Of a stretch of DNA of 64,000 bases, positions 52,538 to 64,000 are shown piece by piece; position 1 is the stretch's first letter; each line of letters begins with the position of its first letter. A program made the position numbers and the translations under genes. The DNA comes from Takakia lepidozioides (Eukaryota; Plantae; Bryophyta): the NCBI GenBank assembly GCA_030704615.1, contig CM060733.1, forward strand, positions 18,724,001 to 18,788,000, in the 5' to 3' direction. The notes beneath the pieces were generated by a model. The model had not been told where the DNA came from and ran no database searches. It worked only from the letters and a program-made list of their open reading frames with translations.

Positions 52538-55500
52538 ATGCAGCCTGAAGAAGAAAAATCTGTACGGGAACCGTCCAAAATATATAGAGAGAGTCCCTAT
52601 TACGGTGGGCATAATGTTACAGGTGTCCAACCACGCGTTATCGAGATTCCCACTGAGTACAGTTATGGAGTCGATGAGAGCAGCCGGGATGTGCATTTAA
52701 AGAAGACTCTCGATGATTCAGTATATGTCACACCAAAAACCTCCAAGAGGTTCAGCAGTGAACCTGCCAAAGCCATATCCAGATCTCAATCTTTCAGTGG
52801 GGAGCCGAATTCAAGGGTGATCAGGCGATCGAACAATGGCATTCTCATACCACAGAATCCCATAACCAAGATGCTGTTTGGATCCGCATCTGAAGGCCAT
52901 ATGACGGACGATGTGAATGTGGCAGATTTCATTCTAGATGGGGATGCGGGGCCCCAAGAGGACCTCTCTTTTTCTCACGGCAAAGGCTCAGTCCAGCCGA
53001 AATCTTCCAAGGCGCTTTCGAGGTCGCAATCTTTCAGGGGGGCTGATCCCAATTCGACGATGACAAGATCAAGCAATGCCACGATCATACCGGACAATCC
53101 CGGAAAAACCAGGATGTTACGTAGGACCAACTCTTCCAGGTGGACAGGGAGCCCACTAGATGGATCAGATACAGACCACCTGCAAGACCTTTCCTACTCT
53201 GCAACGGACGCGTCTATAAGCAACGGAGTACCGAAGAGGAACCATGATAGCCGGTCTGCGAGTATGCCAAGATCAAGCTTCCCTCTTGTAGACAATCCAG
53301 ACGTCAATACACTGGGTTCAGCTGCAAGTTTCTCTAAGTTTCTCAAACATCAAACCAAGGTAGCCTACGAGGAAGGCCGCATCCCCTCCAGTATTAGCAA
53401 TGGTGGTGCTCATAACTCCCTTCCTAACCAACTTGAACCTGACGGTCACCGAAACCACAGTTCATGGGCACCCACGTTTATACCTCCCGGTAAGTTTTCT
53501 CGCCTCATGTGTGCACTGATCACTTTTATAAAAGACACAATTTCACAACGCTACCTCTTCAGACTGTGAGGTTAACTGAGTTAATTATGTTGGATGCATA
53601 CTGGGACCATTGGCCAGGTGCAACTGAGACAGCCAGCGATGCAAACATCCGCATGCAGAGTGGCCGCTACAGCGATGGTGGTAACAAAAGCCAGCGCAAG
53701 TACAGTGGAGACATTTCATCCGGACTATCTCGTGGCAGCGCTAATGGCATTGCTTACCAGCAAAAGCACAATGGAGGTCTTGCCAAGCACTCTGGCCACA
53801 GCGATGGGTGCAACAGCGATCGGCCATATTCGCACAGCATGGGCTTGACTAGACGCGATGGCGACAGCTATCCCGATTCCAGTGTAACCAGCTCCACGCC
53901 ACATCTCTCACACCACAGCAACCACCACACCATGTCCGTGCCAGGTAAGAATAACATCGCGCATCTATCACATCTGGCGCATAAGACGGACAGTTTGAAG
54001 TTTCAACAGTTAATCATAGATCTTAAATTCGACCACGACATTTGCAGGGGTTGCCGCGGCGTACTTCAACGAAGGGTGTCTACCATCTTGGGCGATAACT
54101 GCATCCCCAGGAATCGCAAAGATCAACAATTTCGTTCAGGATTGTCGCAGCGAGGTGGACGCTGGCAGTGCAACCAGATCCACGCCACATCTCTCACACC
54201 ACAGAAACCACCACACTATGTCCGTGCCCGGTAAGAGTAACATCGCTGCTCAAGAAAATTCTATCACATCTGGTGCATAAGACGGACAGTTTGAAGTTTC
54301 AACAGTTAATCATAGATCTTAAATTCGACCACGACATTTGCAGGGGTTGCCGCGGCGTACTTCAACGAAGGGTGTCTACCATCTTGGGCGATGACAGCAT
54401 CCCCAAAAATCGCAAAGATCAACAATTTCCTTCAGGACTGTCGCAGCGAGGTGGACGCTGGCTGCCCCGGCAGATGGCTCACTGTTGTAATGGGGAGTGA
54501 GACAGCAGGTATCTTGACCGGGTGAACATTAGTTTTTCTAAATCATAAGGATTTTTCTGATGCATCATTCATGAATCCAGCGGTTAGGATGCTCATAAAT
54601 GGCTTGACTGTATTTGGTGGATGGAGTGCTTTGTAGACCTTGGTCAGACTTGAGCACCAACAAGTATATATATATACAACAACAATATTCTCTTCTACTG
54701 TCTCACTTGTCTGATATCAATTATGTACCCATCTGGAAGAGAATCACACCTGGTTCCATGGTTGCTTATGTACAGATCTGGATTCAGTGGTATCAGCCAT
54801 TGCATACGCATACTACCTCTACCTCACTTCAAAATCGGAAGAATACTTCTACTGCCCAGTCATAAATATGCGCAGGGAAGAGTGGAGAGTGCACACAGAT
54901 GCTGTGTGGCTCTTTGAGTGCTCGGGACTGGACGTTAAGGCCCTACTGTTTGTCGACGAGGTGTGGAACTGCCTCTCGTCCAAGCGTCAAAGGCTGTTAA
55001 GATTGTGTAGTACTATATAATTTGCAAACTTCGCATTCTAGATAGATTTACGTTCGTTCGACATACTCGTTGCAAGGAAATATTGTTAGGATATTGTGCT
55101 TCGCTGAATGGCATCGTCAATGGAGTAGTGTAGTAGATGCTGTCCAGTAGTCTGGATGCGAGCGTCGCAGATGGGTTGCCAAAACAAGACTTGTGTTTTC
55201 CGTTCGTAGCATGCATCTCTGCAAGTTTATATAATATATGCAGTGTGCAGGCTTCCAGAGTCAGGCTGCTGCAGGGGGAAGGGAATAACAGAGCTCCAGA
55301 TTGGGGGTTGAATAATCTTTTGGAGTGCAGGTAACGCTTTCCTACTATCATCGGTTTGGCACCCTGCGGCTGGTACTGGTCGACCACAGCGCACTAGCTC
55401 CTCACCAAGAGGTCCTCATTTCTCTCTCCCCTTGATCCTCCAGGCTGCGCATCAATTCTGGAACCTTAATTGCCAAGCTGCCTTGAGTTTTTATCTCATG

Positions 55501-57043
55501 AATGCAATTGCTTGCCCTGACGCAGAATCTACAAGACGCTGTTATTGAGATTATTGACCACCATCAGGTAACATAGACTAGCCTTATAACCCTGAGAGAC
55601 CATATCTAGCATGTAGCTCTCACCTGAATTGTAGGACTAAATACCCCTTGTCAAATGTTGGATTCACGGGTCTTGCCTGAGCCATGATGGGAGCCATGAT
55701 GAGGAAATCGCCCAAGTTTGGAATTGATGATCTGACCATGTTAAAAGTACGACTATAACTCACATACTGTAAGATAACTGCGTATTTCCCACTGCAATAG
55801 AGGGTAGATTGCCAGGCTTCAGCAGGTTGTCAGGTATATGAATTGTACATGCTGCAGCTGCTGCTGCATGGGTTCCGAAAGCTTGCCGCGTGAGCGAAGT
55901 AACATCGGTTGCGAGTCGGAAATCTAGATGATCAGGATTTGTTTTAAACTTATTTAGGAGTACACATGTGCAGTTTACACATGAACTCAATCTCCGGCAT
56001 TTGGCAATTGACTAGTTAGACTTCAGGAATGATCTCGACTAGATTCAAGTGCTAAAAGCTTCATAAGTACATCCTTGCCGAGTACATCTGCATTAGAACT
56101 TTCGTTGGAAGTAAGGGTAGGAAATTGAGAGCATGAAGATCTGGACAGGCCGTTAATTCGTGTGAATTCAGACTCAATTGCTAATCCTGAGACTACATTG
56201 TGCGTGTCTATGTGCAGCGGCCAGAAGATTTATACGAATGGGTCAAAAAAGTCGAGATTGAAGCGGTATATATTGCATTTCTCAACTGTGTGAGAGAGGG
56301 CCATCTGGAGGGAGTCTGGTTCCATGATATGATGACAAATATTTCCACATCATCTCACCTCTCCAGTTGACTAGAATGGGCAGCAGGTTGTGAAGATGTA
56401 TGATGTGGCTGGGAGCGAGCTTAGGACTGTTGACATGTGTTTGTAGAAGAATCGTATCGATCACATGAGTCACAACTTGTACCGTAATGCAAACTGGATC
56501 AATTGTTACATTCCTGGAATGTCTGTGCACCAAAAGAAACTGAACAGTTAGAGCATATTTCTTTCTAAGATTTTTGCTGGGCCCACTCTCACTAGCTCCA
56601 GAATTGTGAGCAAGATTGCTCATCCCCAACCCCCATGTATACATACATGTGTTTAACGTCGCACTCACCTGGCAGCCCGGTGTAATGTCCAATGAATTTT
56701 GGCAGGTTGGGTCGACTTGCACTATCATAGCAGAGAGATTTGCTTCGAAGTGGCCTGAAGAATTGCGAGGGCGATCCCTGAGTCGACTTTTGGTAAGCTT
56801 CCCTAGCACGGAATTGTTATGAGAGAAGATCCTAGCATTGTCCAGGCCGCTCCACCTCCCTGCTAGTTGACTCACAATGCGGGCCTGATAATATCTTTTG
56901 CAGCTGGGGGCAATCCTGTGCGCTACAGTAAACTTGGACGAAAATAATGGGCGGAGCACCACTCGGGATGAGTGCATGGCCACCCTCCTGCTCGATGGTG
57001 CCGGTCGCTATGGGCTCAATGGCTTCTTCCAACTACGTATGTG

Positions 57044-57128
<85 letters not shown>

Positions 57129-59448
57129 ACGTTGAGCAAATGAAATTTAGTCTATAGGTCATTTACAGGTTGCTGATGTTGTCCACATCATAATCGCCCC
57201 TCTTCGCGCTCAGAAGGTAAACATCCGTTTTAGAGCTGCATCTTGGTAAAGAGGCGAAAGTAGTTGATAGCATTTTTGCTAGTTGAGCAATTCGCTTTCG
57301 TGTTCTCAATTCGTGAGTGCGGATCCAACAGTAACATGGCGGCGAGAGACGAAACCACCATTTGTTCTCTGCTTAGGGAGGGTTTTATATTATATTGATT
57401 ATTAGCTTTCTCATGTCTTCTAAGATTTCCGTCAATAGGATTTTAGGGAATACAGTATCACTCAAGTACTCTTTTAGCTACAGTACAAGTCCTGCTCATG
57501 TTATAAAGCTACTCACTTGTGGTTGGTGCCAGTGAAGAAGAAGACGACTTTTGATGCACCCATTTTCTGTGCCGTCAGAGACCTCCTTCGGAAGGACTAC
57601 CAGCAGTGGACACTCGGTCCCGGTATAGTAGCCCATATCGCCAAAATCTGTCTTCTCCTATAATGGGTCATTGCACATGAATTCATGCTCTGGTCCCTGG
57701 GGACAGTGAAACTCTTCAGTCTTCTTTCTTTCGCTCTAAAACTCTCTCTTGAGCACTCTCATCCCGCTGTCACAAACTCCTGGCCAGCTCCGTCGGACCC
57801 TTCTGTTTCTAAGATCCTTCAAATTCTCCTCTTCCCACCACGCATGAATACGTGTCACATCTGTTTCAAAAGGACATGAAGTTGGTCAGAGTGATGTTCT
57901 TCCGGGATACACATGTTTTCAGGATGGCAAGTATGGTAAAGTTCTTGGATTCGTAATGTTCTAGGTAATGAAATTCTGCTTGGATTTGGGGGTTGCCAGC
58001 AAAGACGGATGCACATGGGGTGAGAGGGCAGTTCATGGCTGTGGGTATGAGCTCTATTGGTTTCCCCCTCAGCGTATTCATCAACAGGGACAGCGGGGTA
58101 ATTGAAGGTGTCACGAGATTCCGCAGTAAGCAGCCTCCAGCCTGCTCCAGGTTTCTCTGCCTTGTTAGGCGACTAATTTAAGGAAAACAGGTTCCATTCT
58201 TCTCATTGATATAGTCAGTCTGGAATGGAGTGTGTACACATTATGAGAATGGTGAAATCTGATGATCTGAAGTCCCACATTCTAACAGCAGGCTTTGTGC
58301 TTCCATCAGTGTCAATGAAACTAAAGCTGTTGATGGTCGTGACTGGCTACTACGATTCCACGAATAAGTACCAGGTATACTGCCAGACGGTCCAGCTCTT
58401 CACTTCTCTCAATCAAAACACTCGCCAAGTGCTCAATTTATCATTCCTATCTGTGCCCAGGTAGAGTATTAAGCTGAAACTCTGAAGAGCATGCCATATA
58501 TATCCGCAAGTGTAGAGTAATAGCCGTTATCTCAATTCCAATCTCAAATGGCAGAAGGAGCTACTGCTTGCATCCAACGATGAGGAGCTTGTGAGGAATC
58601 TTTCTAACTTCTTCAATGAACGGAAGCCTGGCTTGAAGCTTTCACCGTTTCATGTCTCGGGTAAGTAGGGAACCTCTTCGTAATCGCTCTTATAGTTTCA
58701 ACGAAGATGCTTGCGGGCAGATTCCTCTCATAGGTGATACTAGCGCATAATTGCAAGAACTGTAACTTACATATGCTTGTAGAAGGCCGAGGGAAGGGTA
58801 ACACTCCCAGAGTGGAGGAGTACTTTGTCGCGCTCGTTACTCTGTGCTCTCTCTCTCCACTCACTTGTTCCTGTCTTTCTTTTCTTGCTTCTTTGTCTCT
58901 ATAAACGCGCTTACTTGTTGTATATTCACATTATCATCACCGCCATTTCTGTCAATGCCGAGTCCATCTGCCAGTCTACAGGCTATCATTTTATCTTAAA
59001 CGCATCCCTCCGAGTATCAGTTACAGATTGAATGCAGACGTCTCTGATAGGTTTTTCCTTCACTCATCAACTGTTGGTGGGTTGTTCGGTTTTTTCGAGC
59101 AGGACTGCCAGCTGGGATGAGGGGATTCATACAAGGCAATGCGAATGTCTCCCGAAAGCTCATTCATTCCCTCATTCACGAATTCAGCGTCTGACTCTTA
59201 GGAGTGAGACAAGGCCAGATAGCGTGACAGGATTCGCGTCATCTCCTTCAAGCTTCAAACCCATTAGACCTTACATTTTTGAGGATTCACTTTGGGTTGC
59301 AGCTCTTGTTCTCCATGTTTACCGTGCGCGCGCACTTGCAGTTGCCAAACATCCCTTTTCATCTGCGCAGAAGTTCATTCCAACTGTAGAAGACATCGAG
59401 GAACCCACATGGGAAGAACTTCCGCAGACTAAGTGCTCGACATTGTGA
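52538..59448 (+). CDS. PRUNE/PPX1-like exopolyphosphatase (DHH + DHHA2) with a long Ser-rich N-terminal extension; multi-exon, start uncertain
   Basis: Spliced motifs VVMGSETA|DLDSVVSAIAYAYY, CPVINMRRE, LVLVDHS, IEIIDHHQ, VGSTCTIIAE, LGAILCATVNL, DLLRKDYQQW, VGMSSIG, KELLL, bounded by GT-AG. Confidence 0.85.
53880..54463 (+). repeat. Tandem ~290-bp exon-intron-exon duplication within the PRUNE-like gene
   Basis: 53880-54165 nearly identical to 54166-54463. Confidence 0.9.
57045..57125 (+). repeat. (CT)n microsatellite, intronic
   Basis: About 40 CT units just after a donor site. Confidence 0.95.
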
Positions 59449-60980
59449 AACATTCTGAACAACAGTTAGCGATCGCATCATTGGCAGGACCATTGATAGT
59501 TGAGCTCGCCTAGGACTCCAGGAGTCCATTCGGCACAGCTGATAGATAACCCAGAAGGGCTCTTGCATCTCGCATTGCGTTTCCCTGCCCATATCTGATA
59601 GACCTCAGGTGGGACTCTTTCCTTTCACCACCAAGGAGGTTAAACTTCCCACAGCAGTGAGCTACACTAACCCCAGCAGCTAGTGAATGAGTGTGACTCG
59701 CAGTGCTTGAAGCAGAAGCTGAGGATGTCGAGCCCACCAAACTAGGTTTAGCCGATTCATATCTACATGTCGGATTGCTAGACTGCTTGTGGTGAGAGCT
59801 TGCTGTTCGCCATCATGACCAACAAATGTCAGGCAACGAGAGTATGTTATTTTTACACATACTACAAGCTATGCACGCAGAACTTCACAGAATGAGCTGA
59901 GAGAGAGGAAGGAAGGTATTTCAGAGAAGATGTAGCAATCAAAGTTTGTGCATTGGTGTGAAGAAATGAGCTTCTGAAACATCCACTAAACCTACTCTAA
60001 CATCAGTAACTAACTCTAGAGAGTGACACTAGTTTTTGTGACCAGCGCAGAAGGGCTGAAGAAGATGTTGTCGACCTTCCTACTACTAGACTTGTACTTT
60101 GTTGGTGCTCCTCCGGTTTAGCACTTTCTGGTTATCAGGTATGAGAATTGTTTTTGGTTCATCGATCTGCCAGTAGGTGAAATCGTGAAATCCCTTGTGA
60201 TCCTCATGAAGGCCGCTATGGAATACAAAAAGACTGACAAGAAATTGGTGAGCAGCACCAGGAAATAAAAGCTTGCTGACTTCTGAGCTGTGGCAACATC
60301 CACCTGGTGTAGCAGTACAGTTATCCATATTGCAAACAGACCGTTCTTTCCTATAACAGGCCTCAACAGTCCCTACTGCGACTGTCACTTGACAAAGCCT
60401 CATATCCTATAGGCTCTATGAACACAATCTTACAATACATACTATAATCAACCAAACATCCCTGAAAATGACAATCAATCAACCAAACATCTCTATTCTG
60501 CGGTATCTGCTGCTCATCAGTGACCGACCAAGTTTCAAAGACCATTGTGTCCATTGTAAGCGCCCTTTCTTGAAAAGCGGGGTGCAAACAAAGTGACAAC
60601 AGTGTGGCCCAAATGCAGATTCATCAGAATGCTATGCCTCCACTGCCACTCTACAAAACCTCAAATATGACAGAAAAATATACTGAAAATTGAAATGTGG
60701 CTGGCTAAACAACCTCCAACCACTAACATGAATTGAAGATACACTGCAAAAAGATGTGGTAGTGCACACTGAACAATCTCTAGCATCAAATGGCAGTAGT
60801 TCCTGATTAGGGATGAAACGGCTCTAAACTAAATTGGTCTGGGAATATATACATTCTAATTACAGAGCTCCCCTTGAGAAGAACTATCACAATGTCAATG
60901 GGTTGAGAAATTATTTATTAAAATTTAGATCTGCACCACTAAATTTCGACCCCGAAGGAAAAATGTCAGAAACAGACATG

Positions 60981-62868
60981 TCATCTTTGCAACTGAAGCC
61001 TCTTGATCCTCTGGATTTGCATGCCAGGATTTAGCCCCTTGGGACAAGCTGCTGCACAGTTCATGATGGTATGGCAGCGGTACAGCTTGAACTTATCATC
61101 CAGTGCCTCGAGCCTCTCTGTGGTGTAATCATCTCGGCTGTCTGCTATCCATCTGCATACAGAAAGACAAATGAGAACACTGCTGACTGAAGCCAAGACC
61201 AAGGGACTTCAACAAGGAGTTCAATCAGATCATATTGCCATTGTCATCACAACATACACAGGGCAGATTACCAAAGCATGAGTTAAGTCTAACAAACCCC
61301 CAAAGATCATAAAGAGAAGGCTACACATCCTTGAACAACATAACTACAGGGTCTCAGGATCCTGAGACATTTCCAGGGGCCCAGGTTTAGGATCTGACTT
61401 GGAAGGATGAAAGCCCCCCATAGCCCCATCCATGGAAGAACTTTAAAGGCTATGCATCTCATAATTAGAGCTCATGTAGGAGTAGAATGACTTCCACAGG
61501 GGACAAGATAAGATCCTGAGCCACATTGAGGGCCCAGGTTTAGGATCTCACTTCAAAGGATGAGACTACTCCAACCATGTAAGGGCTCAAAAGCTGGCTA
61601 CCTTTTCAAAGAAAATGTTTCAGCTGTAGAGAGCCTTAGAAAGATCAATGAACTGAAACAGCCTTCTACCAAAGATGTGGACATCTCATTCTGATGCTTA
61701 CTTATCAACCAATTCTAGACTCCAGAAGGTGACATTTCATCACTCATCCGTTGCTAGGGTTCATATAACCCTGGGTGTACTATCAGTCCAACAACAAGGT
61801 CGAAGAACTAACTGTGCCCAGAGAGCTAGTATCATGTTGAGACTACAATAGAATTGCCAGGACTTCATGATCTCTCCTTAGTCTCGGTATAGATGTAGCG
61901 AGCTGACCAAGAAGGCAGGTGCCACAATTAGGGGACTCATGAAAGAGTGGCTTTACGAAGACCTTCCCCGTTACTCATATATACTCGACCTGTGGCTAGG
62001 GATCCCGGGGGTATGAAGTCTCCTAGTAGGGCAACACTCTCAACAGTGGAAGCTCTCCCAAAGCCCAGGACGTCACCCTATCGAGCTTGGCGGAATGACA
62101 ATACGTGAAAGGTAAAAATGAATGTTCGCTAGACAGACAAACCGGACACCTAAAATGGTGAGATCTCAAATGGGGACGATCAACCAACCTGTGGGCCTGA
62201 AGAAGTGCAGCAGGGCCAAGATACTTGTCGGGGTTCCACCAATAGCTTGGACAGGAGGTGGTGCAGCACGCACACAAAATACACTCGTACATGCCATCCA
62301 GCTTCTTCCTGTCCTCTCTAGATTGCAAATACTCTTTCCCACCAGGAGGGGGCTTCTTCGGCTTCAACCAGGGCTCGATGCTCTTGTACTGGCTGTAGAA
62401 CTGGGTCATGTCCACCACCAAATCTTTCACAACATACATATGCGGCAGGGGTGTAATATTGGTCTCGCTCGACGTATCTGTGTCTATTTTGGTCAAGCAT
62501 GCCAGGCCGTTGACGCCCTGGATGTTCATGGCACATGATCCACAGATGCCTTCCCTGCACGATCTCCGAAAAGCAAGACCCGTGTCAACTTCGTTCTTGA
62601 TCTTGATGAGTGCATCCAACACCATAGGCCCGCACTCGTTTGTGTTGATTGTGAAGGTCTGCAAATGGGGCTTGTCGCTGCGCTCAGGGTCCCATCTGTA
62701 GATCGAAAACTTCTTCAAATTGGGGGGATTGGGGCTGGTCGTGGAAGCTGACTCCGTTCCCTCTGGGGCTGAAGGTGCTAGCGTACTAGACACCGATCGG
62801 AGAGACAGAAGAGAGAAAGCACCCTTTGCCCTGCTCGCCAAAGGTGCCGCCCTGGTAAGAGCAGCCAT
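60981..62868 (-). CDS. SDH2: Succinate dehydrogenase iron-sulfur subunit, mitochondrial; exons 62868-62189 and 61152-60981
   Basis: [48 protein letters not shown]; Ala/Ser/Arg-rich transit peptide; GT-AG intron splits codon AG|A. Confidence 0.97.
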
Positions 62869-63327
62869 GGCTGCCAAACTCGAAATACTTCAACAACAAC
62901 AACCCAATCGAGATATATGTCTCGGAACGATCAAACACCCAACTCGGTGCACGATGAGTGCAACAATACCCACCGGGAAGAGAGCACAGAGACTAGCCGT
63001 GTGAACTACAACAGTAAACTCTGACCCCCGAAGAGTCTGTGGTATTTTTACTCATGCATTCTATATGTTTGATCCACCGCTGTAGATGCCCTCACATCTG
63101 GATCAACTCTTATTTCATCACACGTGGAGGAATCGAACAGCACCGAGTACAGAACTGGATGAATTGAAAATGTACACATCAGCAAGGATGTGGCATCTCC
63201 CCCACCTTTCACCTGCAGTTTGCAAGAGATAAAGATAAAGATTCTTTAACGTCCAGTGAATTTACAGAGCCTACTGCTCAACACACAGGCCATCGAGGGC
63301 CCAATGGACGGTCTGAAGGCACATGTT

Positions 63328-63386
63328 GAAGGATTGAACCCAGGATCACCTAGGTTATGCACAAACACCCAATTACTGGGCTACCT
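63328..63386 (-). other. tRNA-like or SINE head remnant
   Basis: Reverse complement ggtagcccagtaattgg...gggttcaatcc (A and B boxes); no full cloverleaf. Confidence 0.4.
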
Positions 63387-64000
63387 GCTCAAGTGCAGGT
63401 AGAGGGAAGCTTCGGCAGAGATCAGTGGAGGTAAGTAGGTGTACAGGAGAGGAGAGCTGATCACCCAATCCATCCAGTTTCCAGTTTCCAGTTTCCAAGG
63501 AGGCATTCACAAGGGATGAGGAAGTAGTAAGTACATCTCAAACAAGGGAGGAAGAGCCTTTCACAAACAATTCCCAGTTGGATGCCACTGGTAGGAGAGA
63601 GGGAGGTTCTAATGAGGTTGGCAAAGGAGGAGGTGCCCATCTGTAGGTGACCAATTTGGCTTGCAGTCACTAGATTACTGTGAGGCTTCAGTGGGTTTGG
63701 TGAGTACAAAATGGTTTGAAACCCTAGAATGTATGGTTTCAAGTTGTTGAAGTATTGCATTGAAGTATGAAATCAATGAGGCGCACTAGAAGATATATGG
63801 CAAGAGGTTGAAGTTCTTATCAGTGAAATAGAACGTTTCATTGCAAAGTAATGGTGTGAGTTTCACATATTCCTATGATTGCAAGTCTCCAGGGCATTCT
63901 GTCGTTGGAGATGCTACATGTAGTATTGATTTAGCAGCTAAAGGTTTCATAGAAACCAGCACTTGCCTTGAGGAATTGTCAGAGGCTCAAGGACTAGTGG

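Noticed and set aside
56282-56983. 233-aa minus-strand ORF
   Set aside because: Antisense to well-supported PRUNE exons; no motifs
59500-60600. Possible small gene between the PRUNE-like gene and SDH2
   Set aside because: Only short ORFs with no motifs; compatible with 3' UTRs
61355-61565. ~55-bp direct repeat in the SDH2 intron
   Set aside because: Short degenerate duplication with no further structure
62023-62188. C-terminal extension of the SDH2 ORF
   Set aside because: Read-through into the intron; the true C-terminus is exon 61152-60981

Overview
Eukaryotic nuclear DNA from a land plant, probably a non-seed plant such as a hornwort or moss (inferred from PLS-type PPR fragments, short GT-AG introns, and Sola2-like and Dualen-like elements). 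Positions ~1-50 kb are a nest of transposons. A GGGGGGCACT-ended element holds a truncated RNaseH+RLE (Dualen/RandI-like) LINE. A Sola2-like transposase pseudogene has an intron swollen by an L1-like LINE, which is itself split by a PPR-carrying Pack-CACTA (TSD TCT). The main structure is a 21.3-kb segment (23758-45025) bounded by inside-out CACTA ends that each abut the trinucleotide AGG. Joining its two ends restores an in-frame gene (MKAKKRRGVPL|EMDEDEE...), so the segment is circularly permuted. It carries a GCM/MULE-type transposase, two ParB-like genes (one apparently fused to a degenerate methyltransferase-like region and three FCP1-like HAD domains), and two families of dispersed palindromes. 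From ~52 kb the window holds ordinary host genes: a PRUNE/exopolyphosphatase-like gene (+) and SDH2 (-). All family assignments are by eye from motifs; no database searches were run.
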